DNA of 63,892 nt, filler included, from Octopus bimaculoides (taxonomy: Eukaryota), in the NCBI RefSeq assembly GCF_001194135.2. It is 6 parts of 5 records of this genome, joined end to end, with 100 filler letters (N's around TTAATTAATTAA, not from the genome) between each part and the next. Parts side by side here need not be neighbours in the genome. Positions count along the whole stretch, not along the records: positions 38,081 to 46,200 come from NW_026305088.1; positions 46,301 to 57,792 come from NC_068999.1; 4 more parts are not named here. The stretch is one strand, 5' to 3'. Position numbers and translations under genes: made by a program. The first letter of the stretch is position 1. The number at the start of each line of letters is the position of its first letter. The notes beneath the pieces were generated by a model. It was given only the letters and a program-made list of their open reading frames with translations. It made no database searches and was not told the DNA's origin. Below, in pieces: positions 39,075 to 50,831 of the stretch.

Positions 39075-39965
39075 AGGAGCTCCTGTTCTCACAACGTTTA
39101 GGGCCTACCCCGACAATATCTAGGGCCTGCAGGAAATCTTGTCCTCATAACATCTGAGGCCGGAAGGAACATCTGCCCTCACAATATTTAGTGTCTGAAG
39201 GAAGTCCTGACCTCATCGTTTAGGCTTGAAGAAAGTCCAGCTCTGACAATATTGAGGGTTTGAAGGAACATTTGTCCTCACATTTTTGGCCAGAAGTACG
39301 TCCTGTCCTCACAATATTTAGGACCTGACAGCAGTCCTGTCCATATAACATCTAGAGCCTGGAGGAACACCTACCCTCACAATATTTAGAGCCTGAAAGA
39401 AGTCCTGCTCTCACAACATCTGGGGCTGAAGGAACACCTGCCCTCACAACGTTTAAGGCCTGAAGGAAGTCCTACTCTTATAACATCTAGAGCCTGAATG
39501 TACTCCTGTCAATATAGGGGATGAAGGAAGTCTTGTCCTTGCAACAGTTAGGGCCTGAAGGAACTCCTGCCCTCACAACGTTTAGGGACTGAAGGAAGTC
39601 CCGCCCTCACAATATTTAGGGCCTAATGAACACCTGCCCACACATTTTGGGCCTGAAGGATATCCTGTCCTTACAGCATCTAGGGCCTGATGGACAACCT
39701 GTCCTCACAACATTTTGGGCCTAATGAACACCTGCCCACACAGTTTGGGCCTGAAGAATGTCCTGTCCTTACAGCATCTAGAGCCTGATGGAACACATGT
39801 CCTCACAACATTTTGGGCCTAAAGGAATTCCTGTCCTCATAACATCTAGGGCTTGAAGCTATTCCTACCATCACAATACCGTCACATAATTTAGGGCCTG
39901 AAGTAAGCCATGCTCTCACAATACTTAGAACCTGAAGGAACTCTTGCCCATGCAACATCTACAGC
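39075..39965. repeat. Minisatellite, about 32-34-bp unit, roughly 26 copies
   Basis: Consensus approximately cctgtcctcacaacatttagggcctgaaggaa(c/g)t. Confidence 0.9.
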
Positions 39966-41284
39966 TATTTGTACCAACTCTGTCAAGTCCCCAAAATCTG
40001 TAAACTGAGAAAACGATTATAATAGTTCTAAAGCATAACAAAAACTCAAGTGAGATAACATCACACCGATGCTTCATTGTCGTCTGAAGACCCTAAAAGA
40101 TTCTAAAAAAAATCTAATTAATCATTGACATCATGGATTCATACATCTTTATATCTCCATTTCCAAATCACAACGCGGGTTCAGACCACTACACAAAATT
40201 CCATATCACTCTCAAACTGAACATGCATACACAAAGAAACACACGCACACATACACATAGATACACACCTGCGCGCGCGCACACATACACGCACACACGC
40301 ACGCACACATACACACACACAACAAATACATAGTGGTTTCAACAACACTATAGCATCTACCCCACATACCATTCTAACCACCATCGACACCAGTAAAGCT
40401 TTTGACTTTTATCTCCCTGATATCCACGTGTCACCTCTCGCCTCCACCAAAAACAAACAAACAAACAAACAAACAAACAAAAGAGTCGAATGCTGAACAC
40501 TTAAGAAACAGCCCAAAACGCTGATTAGCCAAATAGCGGTTCCAGATATTGTAACTTCCCGAATGGAGTATCACAAAGGTTCCTTTCCTCACACACTATT
40601 TTCCTTTTTGACTCATACCTACACGACGCTCTCACACCGTCACATCGACAGTTTCATGAGCAAATAATAACGCATTTACATACTCCCACCATTTCCCAAA
40701 CACTTCTATAAAAAAAAAAATATACTTCAACCCTACTTAAACTGACCCAGAAATCTGGCTCTACAGTAAGAGACTTATAACAATATCTAACTTTCCATTC
40801 AACATACATGAGACGAATACTTAAATTTCGGTGCTTTGTAGGGTGTTGGTGTATGTGTGTGTGTACGTGTTTGAAGAGACTTGTATCTAATATCACATAC
40901 AACACGTTTAAGACAAATACTTTAATTTCAGTTATGTATAGTGTTACTGTATGTATTTGAAGAGACTTCAAAATTTAACTTACGTTACATTCAACACGCA
41001 TAAAACAAACACTTTCATTTCAGTGTTGTGTACGTCATTTCGATAGAAGGGATTTAAAATTGTATCTTAGCATCACATTGAACACACATAAGATAAATGC
41101 TTTACTCTCAGTTGTGTATGATTTTGGTATAATGTATTTGAAGAGACTTCACATACATCTTTATGTCTCCATTTCTAAATCACAACGCGGGTTCAGACCA
41201 CTACACAAAATTCAATATCACTCTCAAACCGCATAACTTCACATTCAAAACACAGACGACAGATACTTTAATTTTGGTTATATA

Positions 41285-41346
<62 letters not shown>

Positions 41347-41635
41347 AATAAGAAACTTTCAGAATCCTTTTGGATTCAGTAACAAAAAACTGATGGCAGT
41401 TTCATTGCATAGCATTGAGCAATATGTATCTAAGAATATGCGTTCCAAATTCTATAAAAATATATCGGTTTTTGAAATAAATAGTTTTGTTTCCCTTAAA
41501 TTAAAATATTTTTCTCAAATAGCTGATACGTAACCTCCTCCACCTCTCTTTCTCTTACATACATACATACATACATACACACTTTACATACATACATACG
41601 CACGTACGCACGCGCGCACGTACACACATATTTAG

Positions 41636-41795
41636 TCGCAAGTGTGATTGTGTGGTAAGAAGCTTGCTTCCCAACTTTACGGTTCCGAGTTCAGTCCCAC
41701 CGCTTGGCACCTTGGGCGAGTGTCTTCTACTATAGTCCCGGTACGACCGAAGACTTCTGAGTGGATTCGGCAGACGGAAACTGAAAGAAGCACGT

Positions 41796-41796
<1 letters not shown>
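41636..41796 (+). mobile_element. tRNA-derived SINE, family B
   Basis: tgtgtggtaagaagcttgcttccc..ggttccgagttcagtcccac..ttgggcgagtgtcttctactatag..cagacggaaactgaaagaagc, then (CA)n. Confidence 0.9.
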
Positions 41797-41843
<47 letters not shown>

Positions 41844-42208
41844 NNNNNNNNNNNNNNNNNNNNNNNNNNNNNNNNNNNNNNNNNNNNNNNNNNNNNNNNN
41901 NNNNNNNNNNNNNNNNNNNNNNNNNNNNNNNNNNNNNNNNNNNNNNNNNNNNNNNNNNNNNNNNNNNNNNNNNNNNNNNNNNNNNNNNNNNNNNNNNNNN
42001 NNNNNNNNNNNNNNNNNNNNNNNNNNNNNNNNNNNNNNNNNNNNNNNNNNNNNNNNNNNNNNNNNNNNNNNNNNNNNNNNNNNNNNNNNNNNNNNNNNNN
42101 NNNNNNNNNNNNNNNNNNNNNNNNNNNNNNNNNNNNNNNNNNNNNNNNNNNNNNNNNNNNNNNNNNNNNNNNNNNNNNNNNNNNNNNNNNNNNNNNNNNN
42201 NNNNNNNN

Positions 42209-42257
<49 letters not shown>

Positions 42258-42746
42258 GATGAGGATGATTACCTCATTCCTCAGACGATAGCCATCTCGC
42301 ATTTAACCTGAGTGCTCCCATTTATTTTCATCCTTACATGCGCGCAGACGACCTTTTCAGGACGCCTCCATCGCCATAACGCTTTATAGAATACAAAACA
42401 GATAAAGCAATGAAATGATAGAGAGGCAGCTGTACGTCACTGGATTTAAGTAACAAAAGCTTATATAACACTTTTGCCATACTCTCAGTCGTCATATTAG
42501 GCTCCGGTGACAAGTATTGCAACATGACACGTACCACTTCGACTGCGAACTTTTAGTTCAGAGTAGTTTTCTCCCGGAAGGGCTGCTTTCTGGGAAAAAA
42601 CATCATCACTGGAAGCAGATTAATGTCATATCTAGGACACACACGCACACACACACACACACACACGTATTCATATTTGTCTACATACATGCTCACACAC
42701 ACACATATACATACGTATATATTCACGCACACGCACACACAACAGT

Positions 42747-42777
<31 letters not shown>

Positions 42778-42969
42778 GCATGTGTGTGTGTATCTCTGTG
42801 TGTGTGTATCTCTGTGTGTGTGTATCTGTGTCTGTGTGTATCTGTGTGTGTATTTGTGTGTGTGTGTGTATCCGTGTGTGTGTGTGTGTATCTGTGTGTG
42901 TGTGTGTATCTGTGTGTGTGTGTGTATCTGTGTGTCTGTGTGTGTGTATATATCAAAGTTATATATGCA

Positions 42970-43140
42970 CTTTATTATTAAAGCTGCAAAAACATCACAA
43001 AAAATCTGCTACTCAGAGTTTCACGTTCCCGTTCGTCGGACAGTAGCGGATTTTTTGTGACGTTTCTGCAGCTTTAGTAATAAAGCACGTAACTTTAGTT
43101 CCAGTATTCAAGTACTATTTTTTCCCACTTTGTTTCATAT
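42970..43140. mobile_element. 44-bp hairpin enclosing a hammerhead-like core (minus strand 43006-43043), plus PLE-type tail
   Basis: Arms 42970-43013 and 43042-43085 (4 mismatches). Minus strand reads ctgt CCGACGA acg-ggaa-cgt GAAAC tctga GTA gcag; same family as 14142-14290. Confidence 0.75.
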
Positions 43141-43149
43141 TGATAGGGA

Positions 43150-43531
43150 GAATTCACAAAAGAACAACAGACGAAGACAGCTGGTGGAGAAAACAAATAG
43201 ATGTATTAGTATAACGCTCGGGAACTGAGAAAGTCTTTAACGTTTCGAGCCTACGCTCTTCTTCAGAAAGGAACACGGCGAGCTGGCAGAAACGTTAGCA
43301 CGCCGGACGAAATGCTTAGCGGTATTTCGTCTGCCGCTACGTTCTGAGTTCAAATTCCGCCGAGGTCGACTTTGCCTTTTATCCTTTCGGGGTCGATTAA
43401 ATAAGTACCAGTTACGCACTGGGGGGTCTATATAATCGACTTAATCTGTTTGTCTGTCCTTGTTTGTCCCCTCTGTGTGTAGCCCCTTGTGGGCAGTAAA
43501 GAAATAAGAAAGGAACACGGAAAGAAACAAG
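43150..43531 (-). mobile_element. PLE-type tail with hammerhead-like motif (43235-43270), interrupted by a SINE
   Basis: Reverse complement cttt CTGAAGA a gagc-gtag-gctc GAAAC GTT aaag; homologous to 22983-23135. Confidence 0.65.
43279..43506 (+). mobile_element. tRNA-derived SINE, family A, with 14-bp target-site duplication
   Basis: Flanked by agaaaggaacacgg at 43265-43278 and 43507-43520. Confidence 0.92.
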
Positions 43532-44750
43532 NNNNNNNNNNNNNNNNNNNNNNNNNNNNNNNNNNNNNNNNNNNNNNNNNNNNNNNNNNNNNNNNNNNNN
43601 NNNNNNNNNNNNNNNNNNNNNNNNNNNNNNNNNNNNNNNNNNNNNNNNNNNNNNNNNNNNNNNNNNNNNNNNNNNNNNNNNNNNNNNNNNNNNNNNNNNN
43701 NNNNNNNNNNNNNNNNNNNNNNNNNNNNNNNNNNNNNNNNNNNNNNNNNNNNNNNNNNNNNNNNNNNNNNNNNNNNNNNNNNNNNNNNNNNNNNNNNNNN
43801 NNNNNNNNNNNNNNNNNNNNNNNNNNNNNNNNNNNNNNNNNNNNNNNNNNNNNNNNNNNNNNNNNNNNNNNNNNNNNNNNNNNNNNNNNNNNNNNNNNNN
43901 NNNNNNNNNNNNNNNNNNNNNNNNNNNNNNNNNNNNNNNNNNNNNNNNNNNNNNNNNNNNNNNNNNNNNNNNNNNNNNNNNNNNNNNNNNNNNNNNNNNN
44001 NNNNNNNNNNNNNNNNNNNNNNNNNNNNNNNNNNNNNNNNNNNNNNNNNNNNNNNNNNNNNNNNNNNNNNNNNNNNNNNNNNNNNNNNNNNNNNNNNNNN
44101 NNNNNNNNNNNNNNNNNNNNNNNNNNNNNNNNNNNNNNNNNNNNNNNNNNNNNATATATATATATATATATATATACCACGGCAGCACGATTTACACACA
44201 CGGTGATTAGCGTTATACGGGTACGGCTACAAACTATGCAGCAGATCAAGGTATAATGTACACCTTGTGATTTAAGGCGGTGCATATAAGTAGCGCAAAA
44301 AGCAGCCAGTTTAGAGGACCTATTTGGGAATGAGTTCCGGTGGGCCAGGTAGCGACGTTTAAAATCTATCGTACCCCCAGTGTAGACCCGATCCTTCTGA
44401 GAACATTTATAGCTATATACGTATAAATATGTGTATGAGTTTATATATTATATATATAGATCCCGGTACCATACTAAAATGGTATCGTACCGGGTCTGGT
44501 CGAAAAATTAAAAAATGTACACAACAAAAATAAAGGAATACATATGCAGGTACCGAAGTACAGGCAGAAACATATTGAGGTTATGTATACGATTGACTGT
44601 ACCCGATTGAGTATGTCAATAAACCTGAGTCTAATCAAGAAACGCACATTGTACTAAATGTACGGACCATAATATACTTCGGATCTACGCAAGGAGCAGG
44701 CTCCGAGAGAGGTGAATAATAAATAAACATATAACAACAGATAGATCATG

Positions 44751-45053
44751 TGTCAATTCACTACAGCTGTTTCCAACGAACTTTTAATTGATCAATGAAA
44801 ACACTACATCATTAGCAAAAACTGTTTCATTAGGTGAATACATGAACCACAACGTTCATGATTCTATGACACTCGCTGGGCAGAGAAATAGTAAGGGTCA
44901 TAGAATCATGTAGGTGCACATGCTGTTGGCTTTTGAATGTTTTTGAATGTCGCAATTTACGTACTCACCTGATGAAAATGTTTTTTTCTAATGATGTAAT
45001 GTCTCCATTAATCAATGAAAGATTATTTGGAAACAGCTGTAGTGAATTGAGAT
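44751..45053. mobile_element. Non-coding fold-back element: inverted arms of about 90 bp, each a hammerhead motif
   Basis: 44751-44841 is the reverse complement of 44961-45053; inner perfect 14-bp IR catgattctatgac (44857-44870) / gtcatagaatcatg (44897-44910). Confidence 0.85.
44964..45046 (+). ncRNA. Minimal type I hammerhead motif
   Basis: tcac CTGATGA (44969-44975) aaat..attt g GAAAC agct GTA gtga; palindromic ACAGCTGT. The mirror copy on minus (44756-44839) has a 6-bp stem I but core CTAATGA. Confidence 0.8.
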
Positions 45054-46702
45054 ATTTTTCTTCTGTTGTTATACATACATACATACATACATATATANNN
45101 NNNNNNNNNNNNNNNNNNNNNNNNNNNNNNNNNNNNNNNNNNNNNNNNNNNNNNNNNNNNNNNNNNNNNNNNNNNNNNNNNNNNNNNNNNNNNNNNNNNN
45201 NNNNNNNNNNNNNNNNNNNNNNNNNNNNNNNNNNNNNNNNNNNNNNNNNNNNNNNNNNNNNNNNNNNNNNNNNNNNNNNNNNNNNNNNNNNNNNNNNNNN
45301 NNNNNNNNNNNNNNNNNNNNNNNNNNNNNNNNNNNNNNNNNNNNNNNNNNNNNNNNNNNNNNNNNNNNNNNNNNNNNNNNNNNNNNNNNNNNNNNNNNNN
45401 NNNNNNNNNNNNNNNNNNNNNNNNNNNNNNNNNNNNNNNNNNNNNNNNNNNNNNNNNNNNNNNNNNNNNNNNNNNNNNNNNNNNNNNNNNNNNNNNNNNN
45501 NNNNNNNNNNNNNNNNNNNNNNNNNNNNNNNNNNNNNNNNNNNNNNNNNNNNNNNNNNNNNNNNNNNNNNNNNNNNNNNNNNNNNNNNNNNNNNNNNNNN
45601 NNNNNNNNNNNNNNNNNNNNNNNNNNNNNNNNNNNNNNNNNNNNNNNNNNNNNNNNNNNNNNNNNNNNNNNNNNNNNNNNNNNNNNNNNNNNNNNNNNNN
45701 NNNNNNNNNNNNNNNNNNNNGGAGGAGGAGGAGGAGGAGGAGGAAGGAATAAAAATAAAATAAAAGTAAAGGTAATGATAGAGACATGTCAGTATTGCAT
45801 CGGGGTGAGAGGTCAAACGTTAAAGTTTCAGTAAAGTGGGGGTGGAGGGTCAATCTAGGTACGGTCACAAGGGACAATAGTTTAGTGGTTAGTACTGATA
45901 TTTAAAATTACATTTCAAGCTTAGTAGCAATTAAAATTTACGAGATAGAGGATTAAGAATTAAAGTTAAATTGAAAATTAAAACTCAAAACCTAAACTTA
46001 AAATTACAAACTAAGAAATCTAAAACCTAAGAACTACAAAAACTAAATAATCATTGGATTGAGACCAGCTAGCTTCTAAGATACTTACGTTGAAAGAGAG
46101 GTAAGGGGAAAGAAAACGAAAAGAAAACGAAAAAAGAAAAAGCTTACACACACACCCATACATATATATACACATATATACGTACATACACATACATACA
46201 NNNNNNNNNNNNNNNNNNNNNNNNNNNNNNNNNNNNNNNNNNNNTTAATTAATTAANNNNNNNNNNNNNNNNNNNNNNNNNNNNNNNNNNNNNNNNNNNN
46301 ATTTTAACCATGGAATTCCCCTCTACATGTTTTTAACATTTCTCCCACTTTTCTTTCTTCACCTTTCCACCCTCAACATACACCACGTCATTAACACTTC
46401 TCTCTTCCACTTTTCTCTCTCTATCTTTTCACTTGCCATTTGCTTCTTCCTCTTCGAATAACCACGTGATGCATTTGACTGACCTTCGTATTTTATTATA
46501 CTCCCTCGTTTTTTTCTTTATTCACATTTCTCCCCCTTCTCACTCTCACACTTTCACTCCATCTCTACCTCTGCAACTAACTAAAGTACAACAGGCCAAA
46601 CGAACAGGCAGATTTTTATATAGATGATATTATACATATATCTACATAAGATAGATAAATAGATAGATTGATAGATAGATAGATAGATTGATAGATAGAT
46701 AA

Positions 46703-46742
<40 letters not shown>

Positions 46743-47414
46743 CGATGTACGTATGTGTTCGTGTGTGCGTGTGAGCATCGAAACAGCTCTGTAGGTGTAT
46801 GCATGTGTGTGTATTTATGTGCTCGAATTTTAGTTGTATGTGAGAATAAGACAAGGAATATCTACTTTGACAACGGATCGTATAACGGGAAATGTAAAGA
46901 AACAAAGAAGAACAAACATAAACCTCAACGTAAGCATAAAAGTAAGATTTTGTGTAAACCCAAAGCTTTCACAAAATCAATGTACATATGATAACTGTCG
47001 TCATTTCTACTCAAAAGCTTCTATTCAAAAATTTAGGTTTCTAGTCTTTCATATGATAATATTTTTTTTCATTTATAATTCGTTTCCGAAAAATTAATCT
47101 CATTTACTATTAGCAAATTATTTGCTATTTACTTCACTTTTCATACGCTATACGTATTTCAATGAATTTTGTTTCTATCAGACATTCACTTTTTAGCTAA
47201 AAGATGCTGAGATATGCAAGAAAAATTATATAATAATGAATGAGAAAGAAATTTGCGCGCACGCATTCATATTAAACTGAAATTTATATAGATAACTAAA
47301 CGCATATATAAATTTATGCATATATATGTGTGCGTGTGAGTGTGCATACATACAGACACACACGCGCATATATATATATAAATAGAGAGAGAGAGATACA
47401 TAGATACATAGATC

Positions 47415-47470
<56 letters not shown>

Positions 47471-49447
47471 CACGTATCTATGTATGTATGTACGTATGTA
47501 TATTTCTATACATGAGTGTATTATACATGATGGCTGCAGCTACATGGCGAGTAATACTTCCTAGAGAACGGATACAGTTTTGATTCACATTGAGTGTTGC
47601 ATTTAAACTACATTGCACAGATCTCTCAATGATGGACATCTGTTGCAATAGGACTATTAGAAATATTTTCTGTGATATGTCGTATGACTCTGAGGTTTCT
47701 GTCATTATCACGAGCTACATTCTTCCCACGTAGCCTAAACAATGCGACAAAGCGTACAACCGACATCTTATCATTTTCAAAATGTCTGTGATAGAATTAC
47801 ACCCGCCTTATGGCCTTGTGTAAAGAGACACGACGACAATAATTACATGTTAATCTGGTTTTGCCCCAACGTCAAATTAAAATCAAAGGAACATCGCTCT
47901 TGAGATTTGCATGGACGAGACAATCTCATTTGATTCCCGTTTTACTGTAAGCAAAATCTAGCATAAAACGACGATATTTTTCTCACCCGTTATCAAAAGC
48001 TATTCGTAGCGGATTGGGTTTCAGCATGTTCTTTAATGTTTATTCAGAGAATGAAAAAAACGAGCACGATATAAACCCATGATGATATATCTGAACATTC
48101 GCTAAAGTATCGGTGCTACATGAAAAGACGTCAGCATTTTTAAGCAAAGGTTTGCCAGCTACAGTTATCAGAGCTGTAACAGGAACAAGAGCAGAATAAG
48201 TCTCATAAACATGACGCAAGAAGTAATGCGGAAGCTACCTATAAACGTATATGACTTCATTTTAGCTGAAAAGGTTTCAATGAAAATGATTAGGTGCATA
48301 TTCATTTAAATGATATCTCGCTTCTTTCATTTTAGATAAATGATGCCTTGACTGCTGTTAAAAATCATTTTCTCTTTACTTTTTCTTAGAGTTTCAAAAC
48401 ATTTTTTCTGTATTGCATTAATTTGATGAGTAAACACGCTAAGATGTACAAAGCAAAACATGGAAATGATTGATAAATGAATTTAAGCATCCATTCTCAT
48501 ATCGCATTAATACAAAAATATATGCTTGCATATGTGAATGTATATACACACTAAAATATGCATACAAAATGAAATACAAGACACTGTCGAATTTCATAAC
48601 ATCAATAAACCAATACCCCGAAATGTACAACATTTCAAGGAAAACTAAAGCATCAACTTGACAAATCTTGCTAGTTTTGAAAAATTCAAAATATGTAGCA
48701 ACAATATGTCACCAAAGGCGTTATCAAAAATGAATAAACTGTATTGTATACTTTCTTAGAATTATTTTATTGCTGCACAGTGTGTTTCTCTCTTCACAAA
48801 TCGAATTTTGGAAGGTATACGAATTACCCTTCCACACCTACTTATATCTCTTTCTATTTAATCTATGGCTACATGGCTAATATATATGACATACTGGTGA
48901 GTCACCTTGTTTATGGAATCCAGTAATACTACATATCCTGTTTTAGTATAACGTTGTACGTTATGTGTAATGGAAAATAGAAGGTGAATCGAGTGATGCT
49001 TGAATAACGCATCTTGCAAAACAAACCCTTTTTTGTGACAGAGATAAATCGAATTTTCGCCTAAAGCCATAAGCTTGTCGAATCCCATGTATTCATCATA
49101 TCTTTGATATGTAGTTCATCGTAGTGTACGTTTTATTTATTTATAACTGCCTTTGTTCCATCTTAGATTCCGGTTTCTTCAAAAATATTAAACCGACATT
49201 TAGTAGATATTTGGTTATAGTTTGCCCAGAAACCCGTTCGAAACTATATTCAATGTATATTTATAACTGACATGTTGAATTTGTACATGACGATAAAAAA
49301 ATACTTCTAATATACACATGTTGCAAGTGAAATAGAGTCGAATATAAATATAGTCCCCTTGAACTCCGATCGAATATATTGAAGATGAACCGTGACTCAT
49401 TAGTATCTGTGAGTGTATCAGATATTTGAAGTGTAGAATATTACATC

Positions 49448-49507
49448 ATGGATCCTGTTCTACAAACTTTGCTTCCTCTTTTGTTGATTGGAAGTTGTGG
49501 TTCAAAT
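49448..49507 (+). CDS. Candidate first coding exon (signal-peptide-like), unverified
   Basis: acatcATGG context, MDPVLQTLLPLLLIGSCGSN, followed by a consensus gtaagt donor at 49508. Confidence 0.3.
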
Positions 49508-49589
49508 GTAAGTATTTTGTGTTATTTGAAGCACATAAAATGAAGTCATAGACGAGATTTTGTTTTCTATTATACTTAGTTACATCGAG

Positions 49590-49722
49590 ATGGCACAGTC
49601 GTTAGCTCGCTGGACAAGATCATTGGCGGTGTGTCGTTCGTCGTTATGATCTGAGTTCAGATTCCATCTAGTTTGAGATTGTATTTCATCCATTCGCAAT
49701 CGATATAATTAGTAAGTGCAAG
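49590..49722 (+). mobile_element. SINE family A, degenerate
   Basis: tggcacagtcgttagctcgctggac..gttatgatctgagttcagattcc..tcatccattcg..gatataattagtaag. Confidence 0.6.
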
Positions 49723-49769
49723 TTACTGGCGACGAAAAATGGTGCCTATATATCAATATGAAGCAGCGT

Positions 49770-50375
49770 AAGGAATGGCTTAGCCCTGTTAAAGAAGCGA
49801 CACCACCGCGTGAAACAAGATCTTAATCCGTGTAAAAAGATGGTGTGCGTATGGTAGAACTAGGAAGGGATTATCCATTACGAATTGCTTCAACGGAACC
49901 AAACGATCGACGCGGAACTCTATGTTCAACAGAAGGAACTCAACAACGCTATTCAAGAGAAAAAACCTAATCGTCAGCTTGGAGTTCGTCTGCTGCACGA
50001 CAACGCCCGCCTTTATATCGCCAATATGACCAAGGAATCAATACAAACGGATGGCCGGGAAGTGCTGCCACACCCGCTATACTCTCACGATTTGATACCA
50101 ATAGATTTCCAACTCTTTATATCTTTTAGAAATACTATGCGCGGAGTTTTGTTGAATAGTATTGAAGAATTAAGAGCTTGATTGGATCAATATTTCGAGT
50201 CGAAATCTGGTGATTTCTAGCAACGAGGTATTGAAAATCTTGTTGAACGTTGAGAAGACGTTGTAAACAACAAAGATGAATACATTATTGAATAATTAGT
50301 TGTTATTTCTTTATTAAACCTCTGAAAAAATTTGAATAAAAAAAAACCCGCGGTAACTTACTTGCGAACGTAATA
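49770..50375 (+). mobile_element. mariner transposase C-terminal half with 3' terminus, decayed
   Basis: KEWLSP..KKMVCVW..EGIIHYELLQRNQTIDAELY...LLHDNARLY...EVLPHPLYSHDLIPIDFQLF...V.NKDEYIIE*. It ends acttgcgaacgtaata-TA, resembling a mariner TIR (ttgccaacccaata). Confidence 0.92.
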
Positions 50376-50796
50376 TATATANNNNNNNNNNNNNNNNNNN
50401 NNNNNNNNNNNNNNNNNNNNNNNNNNNNNNNNNNNNNNNNNNNNNNNNNNNNNNNNNNNNNNNNNNNNNNNNNNNNNNNNNNNNNNNNNNNNNNNNNNNN
50501 NNNNNNNNNNNNNNNNNNNNNNNNNNNNNNNNNNNNNNNNNNNNNNNNNNNNNNNNNNNNNNNNNNNNNNNNNNNNNNNNNNNNNNNNNNNNNNNNNNNN
50601 NNNNNNNNNNNNNNNNNNNNNNNNNNNNNNNNNNNNNNNNNNNNNNNNNNNNNNNNNNNNNNNNNNNNNNNNNNNNNNNNNNNNNNNNNNNNNNNNNNNN
50701 NNNNNNNNNNNNNNNNNNNNNNNNNNNNNNNNNNNNNNNNNNNNNNNNNNNNNNNNNNNNNNNNNNNNNNNNNNNNNNNNNNNNNNNNNNNNNNNN

Positions 50797-50831
<35 letters not shown>

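Noticed and set aside
39075-39965. CRISPR-like or coding-repeat interpretation of the 33-bp array
   Set aside because: Units are contiguous with no unique spacers, lengths are not multiples of three, and the context is eukaryotic with no cas genes.
44462-44494. Small hairpin cccggtac..gtaccggg
   Set aside because: An 8-bp stem alone is uninformative without copy-number data.
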